Source: an uncultured Eubacteriales bacterium (lineage in GTDB: Bacteria; Acidobacteriota; Aminicenantia; Aminicenantales; Aminicenantaceae). Taken from it: 64,000 bases of DNA. A model generated the notes under the pieces. That model was not told the origin of the DNA and did no database searches. It was given only the letters and a program-made list of their open reading frames with translations. The number at the start of each line of letters is the position of its first letter. The stretch's first letter is position 1. Positions 17,628 to 26,958 of the stretch are shown piece after piece. The stretch lies in assembly GCA_964514305.1 (NCBI GenBank), contig CAZEQD010000002.1, positions 21,346 through 85,345 on the forward strand, in the 5' to 3' direction. The position numbers and the translations under genes are program-made.

Positions 17628-19385
17628 TTAGGCCATAAGGAAAGCTTTGGGATATTTAACCAGCACTTTCTCTATAATATACTCTTCAATTTCTTGAGAA
17701 GTAGGTAAGATTATCGCCTTGCGCACAATGTTTTTTACAACTTTATATTCAACTGAGCGTAAGGCTCTTTTTACTCTAGGAATAAAAATAGGATTCATAC
17801 TATACTGGCGCAAGCCAAAGCCAAGTAAGACTATGGCTGAGAGAGGGTCAGCGGCCATCTCGCCGCAAACAGTTACCTCTTTTCCTGCCTTTCGGGCTCC
17901 CTCAATAATAAATTTTATAAGTTTTAAAATAGAAGGATGAAGCGGTTTATAAAGGTAGGAAACTAACTCATTAGAACGGTCAACCGCCAAATAATACTGG
18001 ATTAAATCATTGGTGCCAATACTCAAAAAGTCAACCTCTTGGGCCAAAACATTAGACAAAGCCGCTGCCGCTGGTACTTCGATCATGATTCCCAAGGGAA
18101 TATTCTCATCAAATTTCTCTCGTTTTATTGTCAGCTCCTGTTTTACCTCCTGGAAAATGTGTTTGATCTCAGCTAATTCTTCAATCTCAGTCACCATTGG
18201 AATTAAAATTCTTATGTTTTTCAGGAAACTTGCCCTGAGAATTGCTCTCAGTTGAATTTTAAACAAATCTTTGTTGCGGAGAGAAAATCTTATGGCTCTC
18301 AATCCTAAAGCAGGATTGGGCTCTTTTTCAATTTTTAATTGAGGCAAACTCTTTTCACCGCCTAAATCTAAAGTCCGGATGAAAACTGGTTGAGGATAGG
18401 CTTCTTTAGCAATCCGGGAATAAATAGAAAAGTGATCATCTTCTTTGGGCACCGTATCACTTTGAAGATAAATAAATTCAGAACGAAAAAGTCCTATGCC
18501 CTCCGCTCCTAAAGAAAAAGCCAGATTCACTTCTTCAGGAAGTTCGATGTTGGCTAAAGGAAAAAACTTAAAACTATCTAAGGTAAGGGATCTTAACTTG
18601 GCTGTTTTTTTAAGTTCATGACGGTAAATATCATACTTCTCTTTTTTGCTGGAAAACTCCTTTCTGATGGCTCGAGGTGGATTAATTATTACCTCACCGT
18701 CAGTTCCGTCGACAATCAAAAAATCTCCATCTTCTACAACTTTGGTAATATTTCCTAAGCCAACCACAGCCGGGATATTTAAGGAGCGAGCCAGAATAGC
18801 CGTATGAGAAGTCTGCCCACCCATATCAAGGGCTATTCCCAAAGTATTTCCTCGGCTCAGCTTGGAGGCTGCCTCTGATGGTAAAAGTTCATGAGCCACT
18901 AAAATTTTTTCTGTATCATCTTCTCTTTCTTCAGGAGCAGAAGCCTCCAGGTTATTATAAATCTTACTAAGCACGTCAGATACATCTGATCTCCTTTGTC
19001 TGAAATACTCATCAGTTATCGATTCAAAAAGTTTTTGGTATTTATTATGAACTTGAGATATAGCCCATTCTGATCTGGTCTTTTCTTGCTTAATTATTCT
19101 CTGCAGTTCTGACAATAATGATTTATCTTCAAGAATGAGAAGGTGCGCATCAAAAATAAAAGAGTGCTCCTTTCCTATTTTCTTCTTTACTTGTTCTTTT
19201 ATTTTAATTAGTTGTTCTTTTGTCCGGTTCAGAGCATTCCTCAACCTTTTTATCTCCTTATCCACCTGTAATAAGGGAAGGCTTTCTTTTCGGGCAGTAA
19301 AGACAATTCTGCCCAAGAGCCGAACTTTACCCATAGCAATCCCAGGAGAGACTCCAATTCCTCTTAGCCTAAAATAATCCATCAC
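17628..19385 (-). CDS. ptsI: Phosphoenolpyruvate-protein phosphotransferase (PTS Enzyme I)
   Basis: N-terminal GIGVSPGIAMGKV, phosphohistidine region GGQTSHTAILARSLNIPAVVG, C-terminal PEP-utilising domain IGTNDLIQY. Confidence 0.9.
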   Translation of the reverse strand: MMDYFRLRGIGVSPGIAMGKVRLLGRIVFTARKESLPLLQVDKEIKRLRNALNRTKEQLIKIKEQVKKKIGKEHSFIFDAHLLILEDKSLLSELQRIIKQEKTRSEWAISQVHNKYQKLFESITDEYFRQRRSDVSDVLSKIYNNLEASAPEEREDDTEKILVAHELLPSEAASKLSRGNTLGIALDMGGQTSHTAILARSLNIPAVVGLGNITKVVEDGDFLIVDGTDGEVIINPPRAIRKEFSSKKEKYDIYRHELKKTAKLRSLTLDSFKFFPLANIELPEEVNLAFSLGAEGIGLFRSEFIYLQSDTVPKEDDHFSIYSRIAKEAYPQPVFIRTLDLGGEKSLPQLKIEKEPNPALGLRAIRFSLRNKDLFKIQLRAILRASFLKNIRILIPMVTEIEELAEIKHIFQEVKQELTIKREKFDENIPLGIMIEVPAAAALSNVLAQEVDFLSIGTNDLIQYYLAVDRSNELVSYLYKPLHPSILKLIKFIIEGARKAGKEVTVCGEMAADPLSAIVLLGFGLRQYSMNPIFIPRVKRALRSVEYKVVKNIVRKAIILPTSQEIEEYIIEKVLVKYPKAFLMA

Positions 19386-19651
19386 TCTTTCTCTTGGAAT
19401 TTATCATCAATTAAAGCTATTAAGGCCTGCAGGGCATTTTTTTCATCCTGCCCGGAGATTCTTAGGATTATCTCTGAACCTTGAGTAGCCGCTAAGGTCA
19501 AAATGCCCAAGATGCTTTTGCCATCAATTTCATTGCCATCTTTTTCTATCCTGACACTTGAACTAAAACGATTGGCCAGGTTAACAAACTTTACGGCAGC
19601 TCTAGCATGCAGCCCAAGCTTATTTTTTATGGTAATTTTCTTCTCAACCAT
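19382..19651 (-). CDS. ptsH: Phosphocarrier protein HPr/NPr
   Basis: GLHARAAVKFV active-site His15 motif and SILGILTLAATQGSEI regulatory Ser46 region; 89 aa. Confidence 0.9.
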   Translation of the reverse strand: MVEKKITIKNKLGLHARAAVKFVNLANRFSSSVRIEKDGNEIDGKSILGILTLAATQGSEIILRISGQDEKNALQALIALIDDKFQEKE

Positions 19652-19668
19652 TGAAAAGAAAGAAATTA

Positions 19669-20070
19669 TTACTTACTACTTAAAAGGGCGCTGGCTAAAT
19701 GTATATTTTTCTTTCCTTGTTCCACTACTTTCCTGGCTACTTCTTTCAAATTATTGCTCCTTTGAAGAGACACAAATTTAATGAGCATGGGCAGATTTAC
19801 ACCAGTGATTATTTCTACTTTATTATTTTTCATAAAGCTAAAACTCAAATTGGAAGGAGTCCCTCCAAACATGTCTGTAAAGATAACAACTCCATTTTTC
19901 TGATCTACCCTTTTCAAACTCTGATTTATCTTCTTTTTTGACTCCTCAACATCGTCATACCAGCCAATGGAAATAGCTTCAATATTGACTACTTCTCCCA
20001 GAATAATATTTAGAGCATTAAGCAGTTCCTCGGCCAGCTTTCCGTGAGAAACTATAATACCACCTATCAT
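19669..20070 (-). CDS. PTS EIIA component, mannose/fructose family (type 4)
   Basis: MIGGIIVSHGKLAEEL N-terminal active-site His motif and FTDMFGGTPSN; 133 aa. Confidence 0.8.
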   Translation of the reverse strand: MIGGIIVSHGKLAEELLNALNIILGEVVNIEAISIGWYDDVEESKKKINQSLKRVDQKNGVVIFTDMFGGTPSNLSFSFMKNNKVEIITGVNLPMLIKFVSLQRSNNLKEVARKVVEQGKKNIHLASALLSSK

Positions 20071-20182
20071 CTCAGCTTCTATTCTTTTTTAAATTATTCA
20101 ATCTTGATTTATTTTATCACTTCTCCTATCTAAACTTAAGTTTTTTATTTTTCCAGTAAGTACTTGTCCCAAATCATCCCAA

Positions 20183-20349
20183 AAGTATTTCCAAAACCGT
20201 TATAGCTAATAATGAATTTGTATCTAGAAGCAGCGACCTTCGGCCATCCGAGCCTATAGTGAGAGGTCTTGGTGAGGATGGGAGAAATCGCTGCCAAATT
20301 TCATTTCTTGGTGAGGAATTTCACTCATCACGGTTTTAAGGAAGCTTAC
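20183..20349 (+). repeat. Copy B of the dispersed ~175-bp structured repeat
   Basis: tatttccaaaaccgttatagctaataatgaa...gcagcgaccttcggccatccgagcctatagtgagaggtcttggtgaggatgggagaaatcgctgcc...catcacggttttaaggaagcttac. It lies between the convergently ended EIIA(Man) and rapZ genes, which are on the opposite strand. Confidence 0.7.
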
Positions 20350-20425
20350 ATTTTTCCAAGAAGGGAAAGTTCCTTTGAATAATAAAATTAGCTCTTATTC
20401 AACCAGGAATTAATATTTAAAGCTC

Positions 20426-21295
20426 TTATTTATAGATATCCCGATGATACACTCTAATTTTATATCCCTTCTCGGTTAAATGATCCTTCAGTTCTTCAGC
20501 TATGACTACAGCCCTGTGCTTGCCTCCCGTACAACCAATGGAAACATTAAGATAGCTCTTTCCTTCTTCAACAAAATTAGGCATTAAATAATCAATAAAA
20601 TTAAAGAGTTTAGTTACAAAAGCTTTTGTTTCAGGCTTTTCCAGAACATAATCTCTGACATTTTTACTCTTACCGGTCTTATCTCTCAGTTGATCAATAT
20701 AAAAAGGATTGGGCAGAAATCTTGTATCAAAAACTAAATCAGAATCAACTGGAAGGCCGTATTTGTAACCAAAACTAACAACTAAAACTTGGAGTTTAAC
20801 TTCTCTTCTTACCAATAATCTGGTCGTCAGCATTTTTCTCAACTGGATAATACTGGTAGCTGAAGTATCAATAACATCATCAGCTAATTTTTTTATCCTT
20901 TCTAACCTTTTCCTTTCTAAAGCTATATTTTCCAAAACTGATTTTCTCTGGGCTAAGGGATGCGGACGTCTTGTCTCTTTAAATCGCTTAACAAGCGTTT
21001 CATCAGAGGCCTCAAGAAAAATTAATCTGGGTGATATTTTTTTCCTTATTCTTTTTAGCACTTTTGGAAATTCAGAAGTAAAACCGGCCTCTCTAATATC
21101 TACGACTAAGGCTACCTTGCTAATCTCAACTTCTTTTCTCATCCAGAGATTGACAAAATCAGGAATCAATTTGGCCGGCAAATTGTCCATGCAATAATAA
21201 CCCAAATCTTCAAGAAAACGGCTGACAATTGTTTTACCTGAACCAGATAATCCAGTTATAATCAGAAACCGGTCATTTCTCATTTCATTCTTCAT
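20426..21295 (-). CDS. rapZ: RNase adapter protein RapZ (P-loop ATPase YhbJ/YvcJ family)
   Basis: FLIITGLSGSGKTIVSRFLEDLGYYCMDNLP N-terminal Walker A region diagnostic of the UPF0042/RapZ family; 289 aa. Confidence 0.85.
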   Translation of the reverse strand: MKNEMRNDRFLIITGLSGSGKTIVSRFLEDLGYYCMDNLPAKLIPDFVNLWMRKEVEISKVALVVDIREAGFTSEFPKVLKRIRKKISPRLIFLEASDETLVKRFKETRRPHPLAQRKSVLENIALERKRLERIKKLADDVIDTSATSIIQLRKMLTTRLLVRREVKLQVLVVSFGYKYGLPVDSDLVFDTRFLPNPFYIDQLRDKTGKSKNVRDYVLEKPETKAFVTKLFNFIDYLMPNFVEEGKSYLNVSIGCTGGKHRAVVIAEELKDHLTEKGYKIRVYHRDIYK

Positions 21296-21299
21296 CTTA

Positions 21300-21857
21300 T
21301 TAGCGAGACGAAAGAACTCTATTTAGCTTTTTAGCTATTTCTTGAGGAGCAAAGTAACCTTTTTTTCTAAGGATATGGACTTTACAAGCTACTTCAATCA
21401 GAGTAGCAATATTCCTTCCTGGAGCCACTGGAATATTGATTTGAGACACTTTCTGGCCTAAAAGTTCACCTTCCTCAGGAAACTCAACGCCCAGCCGGTC
21501 ATATTCTTTGCCTTTTTTCCACTTCTTAAGGTTAATAATTAAGCTGAGCTCAGCTTGGGCAGAAACCGCTTTAGGACCAAATATTTTTTTTATATTAATT
21601 ATTCCTAATCCCCTAATTTCCATGAAATAGCGGCTGAGGCTGGGCGAGCTGCCCACTAATTTGCCTGCCCTTGTTCTCCTTAATTCTGTGACATCATCTG
21701 AGATAAAGCGGTGCCCCCTGCTAATGAGCTCTAAGGCACTTTCACTCTTGCCTATGCCGCTATCTCCTCTGATCAGAACACCGAGACCAAAAACTTTAAG
21801 TAATCCGCCAGAAATTGTTATTCGTTTAGCAGGGGTTTTATCCTGCCCGCTACTCAT
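21300..21857 (-). CDS. hprK: HPr kinase/phosphorylase, short form (C-terminal catalytic domain only)
   Basis: P-loop GVLIRGDSGIGKSESALELISRGHRFISDD. At 185 aa it is far shorter than the ~310-aa full-length enzyme. Confidence 0.75.
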   Translation of the reverse strand: MSSGQDKTPAKRITISGGLLKVFGLGVLIRGDSGIGKSESALELISRGHRFISDDVTELRRTRAGKLVGSSPSLSRYFMEIRGLGIINIKKIFGPKAVSAQAELSLIINLKKWKKGKEYDRLGVEFPEEGELLGQKVSQINIPVAPGRNIATLIEVACKVHILRKKGYFAPQEIAKKLNRVLSSR

Positions 21858-22320
21858 TTAACTTTTCTTCTTCCTTTTGAATAATCTCCAGAATTGAGCT
21901 TATGCTTCTGGCCTCAAGTATTTTTTTGAGCAATGAATTTGATTTGCGGACAAGATGGGCAATGGCCGCTAATATTTGAAGATTCAAGCTAGGATTTTCA
22001 GGAGATGAAACAACCAGGAAAAAAATATGAGAAGGTTTGCCATCCAAAGAATAAAAATTAACTCCTTTCTTAGAAATAGCCAGGAGGACAATCGGATTTT
22101 TTACTCCCTTCATTTTGCAATGAGGAATAGCCACTCCTTGGCCGATAGCTGTACTTCCCAAGTTTTCCCTCTGGATAAGTTTCTCACATAATTCTTTATC
22201 TTTAGTAATCTTGTTCCTTTTTTTCAAAAAATCAACCATCTCTTTCAGGACACCTTCTCTATCCTGATATTCCAGTTCGGGAATGATCATATCCTGAGGT
22301 AATAAATTATGAATTTTCAA
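21850..22320 (-). CDS. ptsN: PTS EIIA(Ntr), nitrogen-regulatory IIA type 2
   Basis: GSTAIGQGVAIPHCK active-site His motif of the EIIA type-2 (PtsN) family. Located in the rpoN operon. Confidence 0.85.
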   Translation of the reverse strand: MKIHNLLPQDMIIPELEYQDREGVLKEMVDFLKKRNKITKDKELCEKLIQRENLGSTAIGQGVAIPHCKMKGVKNPIVLLAISKKGVNFYSLDGKPSHIFFLVVSSPENPSLNLQILAAIAHLVRKSNSLLKKILEARSISSILEIIQKEEEKLNE

Positions 22321-22338
22321 GGCAACCTCTCACTTTCT

Positions 22339-22860
22339 CTATTCAGGCTCTATAAAGCCCAAATTACCATCTTTTCGCCGATAAATAAATACCCATTTTT
22401 CTGAACCTGTTTTCCGAAAAGCAAAAACATCTTTTTGGCTCAAATTAAATTGCAGAATAGCTTCTTCAAGAGACATGGGTTTAAGAGAATAATCATTGCT
22501 TTTAATTATTCTCGGAGTTGGCTCTTCTTTTTCCGTTAATGTAAACAATTCTTTTTCTCTATTTTTTCTTCTTTTTCTTTCTCTTAGCTTTTCTATTTCC
22601 TTTTTTATTCTCTTTTCCAGATTATCAAAAGCTGCACCTAAAGCAAACATCATATCTTGGGTCTCTTCGGCTGCATTAATGCTTATTCTTCTACTTTTGA
22701 TGTTTATTTCAGCCTTATGGCGGTATTTTTCCACTGAAAGGATGATATCCGTTTCTATGGAAGAACCCAATATTTTTTCCAGGCCCTTTATTCTTCTTTG
22801 AGAGTACTTCCTAATATCGGGAGTAATTTGGGCATGACGGGCTGTAAAATTGATAATCAT
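22339..22860 (-). CDS. hpf: Ribosome hibernation promoting factor (long HPF; sigma-54 modulation protein)
   Basis: MIINFTARHAQITPDIRKY start typical of HPF/RaiA, with a C-terminal extension (long form). Start set at ATG 22860, overlapping the rpoN stop; the ORF track begins at 22878. Confidence 0.85.
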   Translation of the reverse strand: MIINFTARHAQITPDIRKYSQRRIKGLEKILGSSIETDIILSVEKYRHKAEINIKSRRISINAAEETQDMMFALGAAFDNLEKRIKKEIEKLRERKRRKNREKELFTLTEKEEPTPRIIKSNDYSLKPMSLEEAILQFNLSQKDVFAFRKTGSEKWVFIYRRKDGNLGFIEPE

Positions 22861-24311
22861 TTTCTCTCCTCCATCCAATACCTCTTTTTTCTCACATGAG
22901 AAGGGGGGATATTTAACTGCATTCTATACTTAGCCACTGTCCGTCGGGCAATTCTAAAGTTTTCTTTAGCTAAAATTTCACCTATTTCTATATCACTGAG
23001 AGGTCGTTTTTTATTCTCATGTTCAACCAGCTTTTTTATTTTTTCTTTGATTCTTAAGGATGATATCTCTTGGCCATAATCGCCCACCAGAGATTTATGA
23101 AAAAAATACTTAAGGGGAAAAACTCCTCGAGGGGTTAGCATATATTTATTAGCCACTACCCTGCCTACAGTTGATTCATGGACACCAATTTCTCGGGCTA
23201 ATTCCATTAAAGTCAAAGGTTTTATAAACTCGATTCCTTTCTCTATAAAATCTTTCTGTTTGTCAACGATATATTTGGCCACTTTATAAATGGTCTGATT
23301 CCGTTGATCTAAACTCCGCAAGAACCAAAAAGCTTTTTTCATCCTATCTTTTAGGAATTTATAAGTTTCAGGGCTGTCCTGGGAGGCCCTGGCCAAAAGG
23401 CTTTTGTAATAACTATTGATTCTTATTCGAGGTATCCCTTCATCATTCAAGGCTATTTTTAAGTCATTGCCTTCTTGGCTGACAATAATATCGGGAATTA
23501 CATAGAATGTTTTTTCCTGGCTGTATTTTCTGCCTGGATTCGGATCCAATCTCTTAATAACTTCAAGATGATATTTTAGAGAGGAAAAAGGGATATTCAA
23601 GATTTTAGCCAATTGAGCATAATCAGCCTTTTCCAAAAGATGGAGATGGTTTTCTACTATCTGGCGGCTCACTTCATCTTCAAGCTGAAGATAGTCCATT
23701 TGAGTTAAAAGGGCCTCTTTTAGTGACAGACTCCCTACTCCTACAGGATCAAATTTTTTAATTTTCTCTCTTACTTTATTCACTTTGGCCAGAGTAGATT
23801 TTGTCTCCTGAGCTACCTCTTCTTCGGAAATAGTTAAATAGCCATCTTCATTGATGTTGCCTATGATATAGCGGGCAATTTCCTTCTCTTTCCGATCAAA
23901 AAAAGTTAAATTGGCCTGCCAGTTTAGATGATCCCAAAGAGAAGGACTCTTAGATACTACATTCTCTAAAGGAGGGGCTTCTCTGTGTTCTAAAAAAAAA
24001 GACCTAAAACCGTTGTCAAAATATTCCTGAAAGTAAGCCTCAAAGTCTTCTTCTTCAACTTCCTTTGACTCCTTTTCCTCAGCTATTTCTTCCTGCGATT
24101 TGAGAGGAAGAGCTTCTTCATTCGTCTTTTCAGCTGTCTCATCTTCTACCTCCAGCATCGGATTCTGGGAAAGCTCTGCATCGATAATTTCTATGAGCTC
24201 CATATTAGTCAGAGGCAGGAGCTTGATTGCTTGTTGTAAAGCAGGGGCCAAGATTAACTTCTGAACCTGCCGCTGGTCTAAACGCTGTTTTAAGGCCATT
24301 TTTCTTCCCAA
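22857..24311 (-). CDS. rpoN: RNA polymerase sigma-54 factor
   Basis: C-terminal RpoN box ARRTVAKYR and HTH. Gln-rich N-terminus (LKQRLDQRQVQKLILAPALQQAIKLL). A start at 24299 (MALKQ...) is possible. Confidence 0.9.
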   Translation of the reverse strand: MGRKMALKQRLDQRQVQKLILAPALQQAIKLLPLTNMELIEIIDAELSQNPMLEVEDETAEKTNEEALPLKSQEEIAEEKESKEVEEEDFEAYFQEYFDNGFRSFFLEHREAPPLENVVSKSPSLWDHLNWQANLTFFDRKEKEIARYIIGNINEDGYLTISEEEVAQETKSTLAKVNKVREKIKKFDPVGVGSLSLKEALLTQMDYLQLEDEVSRQIVENHLHLLEKADYAQLAKILNIPFSSLKYHLEVIKRLDPNPGRKYSQEKTFYVIPDIIVSQEGNDLKIALNDEGIPRIRINSYYKSLLARASQDSPETYKFLKDRMKKAFWFLRSLDQRNQTIYKVAKYIVDKQKDFIEKGIEFIKPLTLMELAREIGVHESTVGRVVANKYMLTPRGVFPLKYFFHKSLVGDYGQEISSLRIKEKIKKLVEHENKKRPLSDIEIGEILAKENFRIARRTVAKYRMQLNIPPSHVRKKRYWMEERK

Positions 24312-24331
24312 ATTGAAATCAAATAATAAAA

Positions 24332-25060
24332 CTAATCAAGAGAAAAATCATCTCCTAAATAGCTTCTTCTAACATTTTCTGAGGAAACCAGTTCTTGAGG
24401 GGTTCCAGCCAGTAATATCTTCCCCTTATCTATGATGTAAGCTCTCTCTGTTATTTTAAGTGTTTCTCTTACACTATGATCAGTTACGAGCAAACCCAGG
24501 CCTTTCTCTTTTAAAGAGAAAATAATTTTATGTAAATCAGAAATGGCCAAAGGATCAATTCCTGTAAAAGGCTCGTCCAAAAGAAGGAATTGAGGTTTGG
24601 TGATCAAAGCTCTGGCAATTTCCAATCTGCGTCTCTCTCCTCCAGAAAGAGTATAGGCTTTAGCTTTAGCTAATTTATCCAGTCCAAACTCCTTCATTAC
24701 TTTCTTTAAATCTCCATTCTTTTTAAACTGAGTATCTCCAGAGGCTTCTATAATAGACAACAAGTTCTCTTCTACTGTTAAGCCTCTAAAGGCCGAAGGT
24801 TCTTGAGGGAGAAGCGATAATCCTCTCCTGGCTCTAATGTACATAGGATAATCTGTAATATCTTCTCCATTTAAATAAATTTTACCTTTATCCTGGGAAA
24901 TGACACCTAAAATCATGGAAAAAGTAGTTGTCTTGCCAGCGCCATTGGGCCCCAAGAGGCCAACGACTTCTCCCTTATTTACTTTAATTGAAACATTATC
25001 AACTACTACTTTATGGTGATAACTTTTTTCGAGCCCAACTGCTTCTAAACAATATTTCAT
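24332..25060 (-). CDS. lptB: LPS export ABC transporter ATP-binding protein
   Basis: Walker A GPNGAGKTT, signature LSGGERRRLEIARAL, Walker B LLLDEP; 242 aa; directly upstream of rpoN. Confidence 0.85.
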   Translation of the reverse strand: MKYCLEAVGLEKSYHHKVVVDNVSIKVNKGEVVGLLGPNGAGKTTTFSMILGVISQDKGKIYLNGEDITDYPMYIRARRGLSLLPQEPSAFRGLTVEENLLSIIEASGDTQFKKNGDLKKVMKEFGLDKLAKAKAYTLSGGERRRLEIARALITKPQFLLLDEPFTGIDPLAISDLHKIIFSLKEKGLGLLVTDHSVRETLKITERAYIIDKGKILLAGTPQELVSSENVRRSYLGDDFSLD

Positions 25061-25063
25061 TTC

Positions 25064-26941
25064 TCACGATTTTATAATGGTAACCGACCTCTCCCGCTCT
25101 TTATTTTCAACGACGATTCTACCATCGGCCATATAAAAAGTCAATTTGTCCCCCTCAATCCTTCCCTTATTTTTATCTATCAGAACGGGATTTCCAGTAA
25201 GGATAATTGTCTCTCGTACCAGGTTATATTGGGCCTCATTTCCCTGTCCTTGACTTTCATTCTGGATGACTACTACTTCTCCTTTAGCCTTAACACTTTC
25301 CATTGCGCCCTCCCCTTTTTTCAGATTTACTATGATGGATCGAGCCGAAAGAGAGTTGTTTTTTACTTTTAGATAACACTTCCCTCCATAGCTAAGAAAA
25401 CCTTGATCTCGCTCATAATTTAAGGTCTCCCCCCCAATCTCCATTTCTTCTTCTCCTCCCTTCTGGGGCTGGTAAGGGATAATCGTTTTTACGTTTCCTA
25501 AAGCAGAAATCTCTCCTTCTTCCTCCATAAGGGAAACCTCATCGGCTATCAGTGTTTTCTTTTCCTGCCACATTCTGACTTTCTCCTTAAAAAGGAAACG
25601 CTTCTCTTCTTCTAAATATCTCATTTCCTGAGCTGAAATAAAAACAGGTTTTTCTTTAGAAAAAAAGCCAAAAGCTTTTTCTTTTCCAGATTTAAGCCGG
25701 AAAGCAGTTTTGACGTCTCTTTTTAATGTCAAATTACCGTTATCCAAAACCATCTCCATCTCATCTCCGTAAATTTTGTTCTGGCTAAAGACAATACTGG
25801 GCTTAAATTTCTCTTTTCCTCTCACCTCCAGAGTGTTGGAGTCTTCAGACATTGACATCATTTCACCTTCAATAATTCTCAGCTCTTTAGAATCCTTTTT
25901 CTTTTCTGTTATTTTTGCCTTTTTCTGGGCTTTAAAGGCAGTTAGCTCTCCTCTACGGTTGAAGATAAAACTAAGGTTTTCACCCTGAATCAAAGTATAT
26001 TCATTCTCGGAAGAAATAAATTTAAAAAGGCAACTACCCTGGGCATCAACAGCTTTAATCTTAGGGAGGTCAATAAATCCCTGAATTACTATCTGCTCTC
26101 CTTCGACTTCTCTTTTTGCACTAGAAGGAATGAGGAAATTTTTGCCGGCCACAACTTGTTCTCCTTCGGAGATAAGAGAAGACCTTACTTTACCTCTAAG
26201 AATAACGTTTTTTATCTGCTGTTCATCATCAGACAACTCAAATAGGGCCTGTTTAGCTGTTGCCTTGCTTTTTCCTTGAAATATCTGGACATCACCTTCT
26301 ATAGTTCCCTTTTTTGTTTTACGACTGTAATCAAATCTTTTGCTTTTAATCAAAAAGGGTTGAGAGTTTTCTATACGGGGCTTTACTACAAGTTCCACTT
26401 TTTCTCCAAGTTCAAGTTTTTCCTTATTCATTAAATAGAGAAGCTTGAGCGCAGAACCAGAAAAAACTGGAGAGGTAAACTGAGTTTTTTTCTCACTTCG
26501 AAATGTTTCTTTCTTGCTGCTGTAACTTAGAGAAGAAGACTTGATGATGAGATCTTTGAATTTGATAGTAGCTTCCCCAGAAAGAAAGAAGTGATTACCT
26601 TTTTTATCATAAATAATCTGTTGGGCATAAAGGTAAATATCTTGACCTTCACTTTTTTTGAAAAAAATAACTTCAACATTTCCCTCTAAATGATACTTTT
26701 TGTCCTCTCCTATATAATGCTTATCAGCCCTAACTTTAAAATTACCTTTTTCCCCTTTAACCTCAAAATGCTCAATTTTTTCCTTCTTTTCTATTTTTTG
26801 AGAAGAGATAATTTCTTTTTCAAGAGGAGGTTTGGGCTTTCGTTTAAAATGAGTTATAAAGTTCCAACCGATTAAGACTAGAATGACTATTAAGAAAAGG
26901 ACAGCCAGCAGCTGCATCGTTCTTTTCTGATTGATTTTCAT
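25064..26941 (-). CDS. OstA-like (LptC/LptA family) protein, unusually long fused form with N-terminal membrane anchor
   Basis: N-terminal TM (LLAVLFLIVILVLIGW) followed by repeated LptC/LptA-like beta-jellyroll segments (HFEVKGEKGNFKVRADKHY...; C-terminal YNLVRETIILTGNPVLIDKNKGRIEGDKLTFYMADGRIVV). Occupies the lptC-lptA position upstream of lptB. Confidence 0.55.
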   Translation of the reverse strand: MKINQKRTMQLLAVLFLIVILVLIGWNFITHFKRKPKPPLEKEIISSQKIEKKEKIEHFEVKGEKGNFKVRADKHYIGEDKKYHLEGNVEVIFFKKSEGQDIYLYAQQIIYDKKGNHFFLSGEATIKFKDLIIKSSSLSYSSKKETFRSEKKTQFTSPVFSGSALKLLYLMNKEKLELGEKVELVVKPRIENSQPFLIKSKRFDYSRKTKKGTIEGDVQIFQGKSKATAKQALFELSDDEQQIKNVILRGKVRSSLISEGEQVVAGKNFLIPSSAKREVEGEQIVIQGFIDLPKIKAVDAQGSCLFKFISSENEYTLIQGENLSFIFNRRGELTAFKAQKKAKITEKKKDSKELRIIEGEMMSMSEDSNTLEVRGKEKFKPSIVFSQNKIYGDEMEMVLDNGNLTLKRDVKTAFRLKSGKEKAFGFFSKEKPVFISAQEMRYLEEEKRFLFKEKVRMWQEKKTLIADEVSLMEEEGEISALGNVKTIIPYQPQKGGEEEMEIGGETLNYERDQGFLSYGGKCYLKVKNNSLSARSIIVNLKKGEGAMESVKAKGEVVVIQNESQGQGNEAQYNLVRETIILTGNPVLIDKNKGRIEGDKLTFYMADGRIVVENKERERSVTIIKS

Positions 26942-26958
26942 TTTCCCAAATGACGGAT

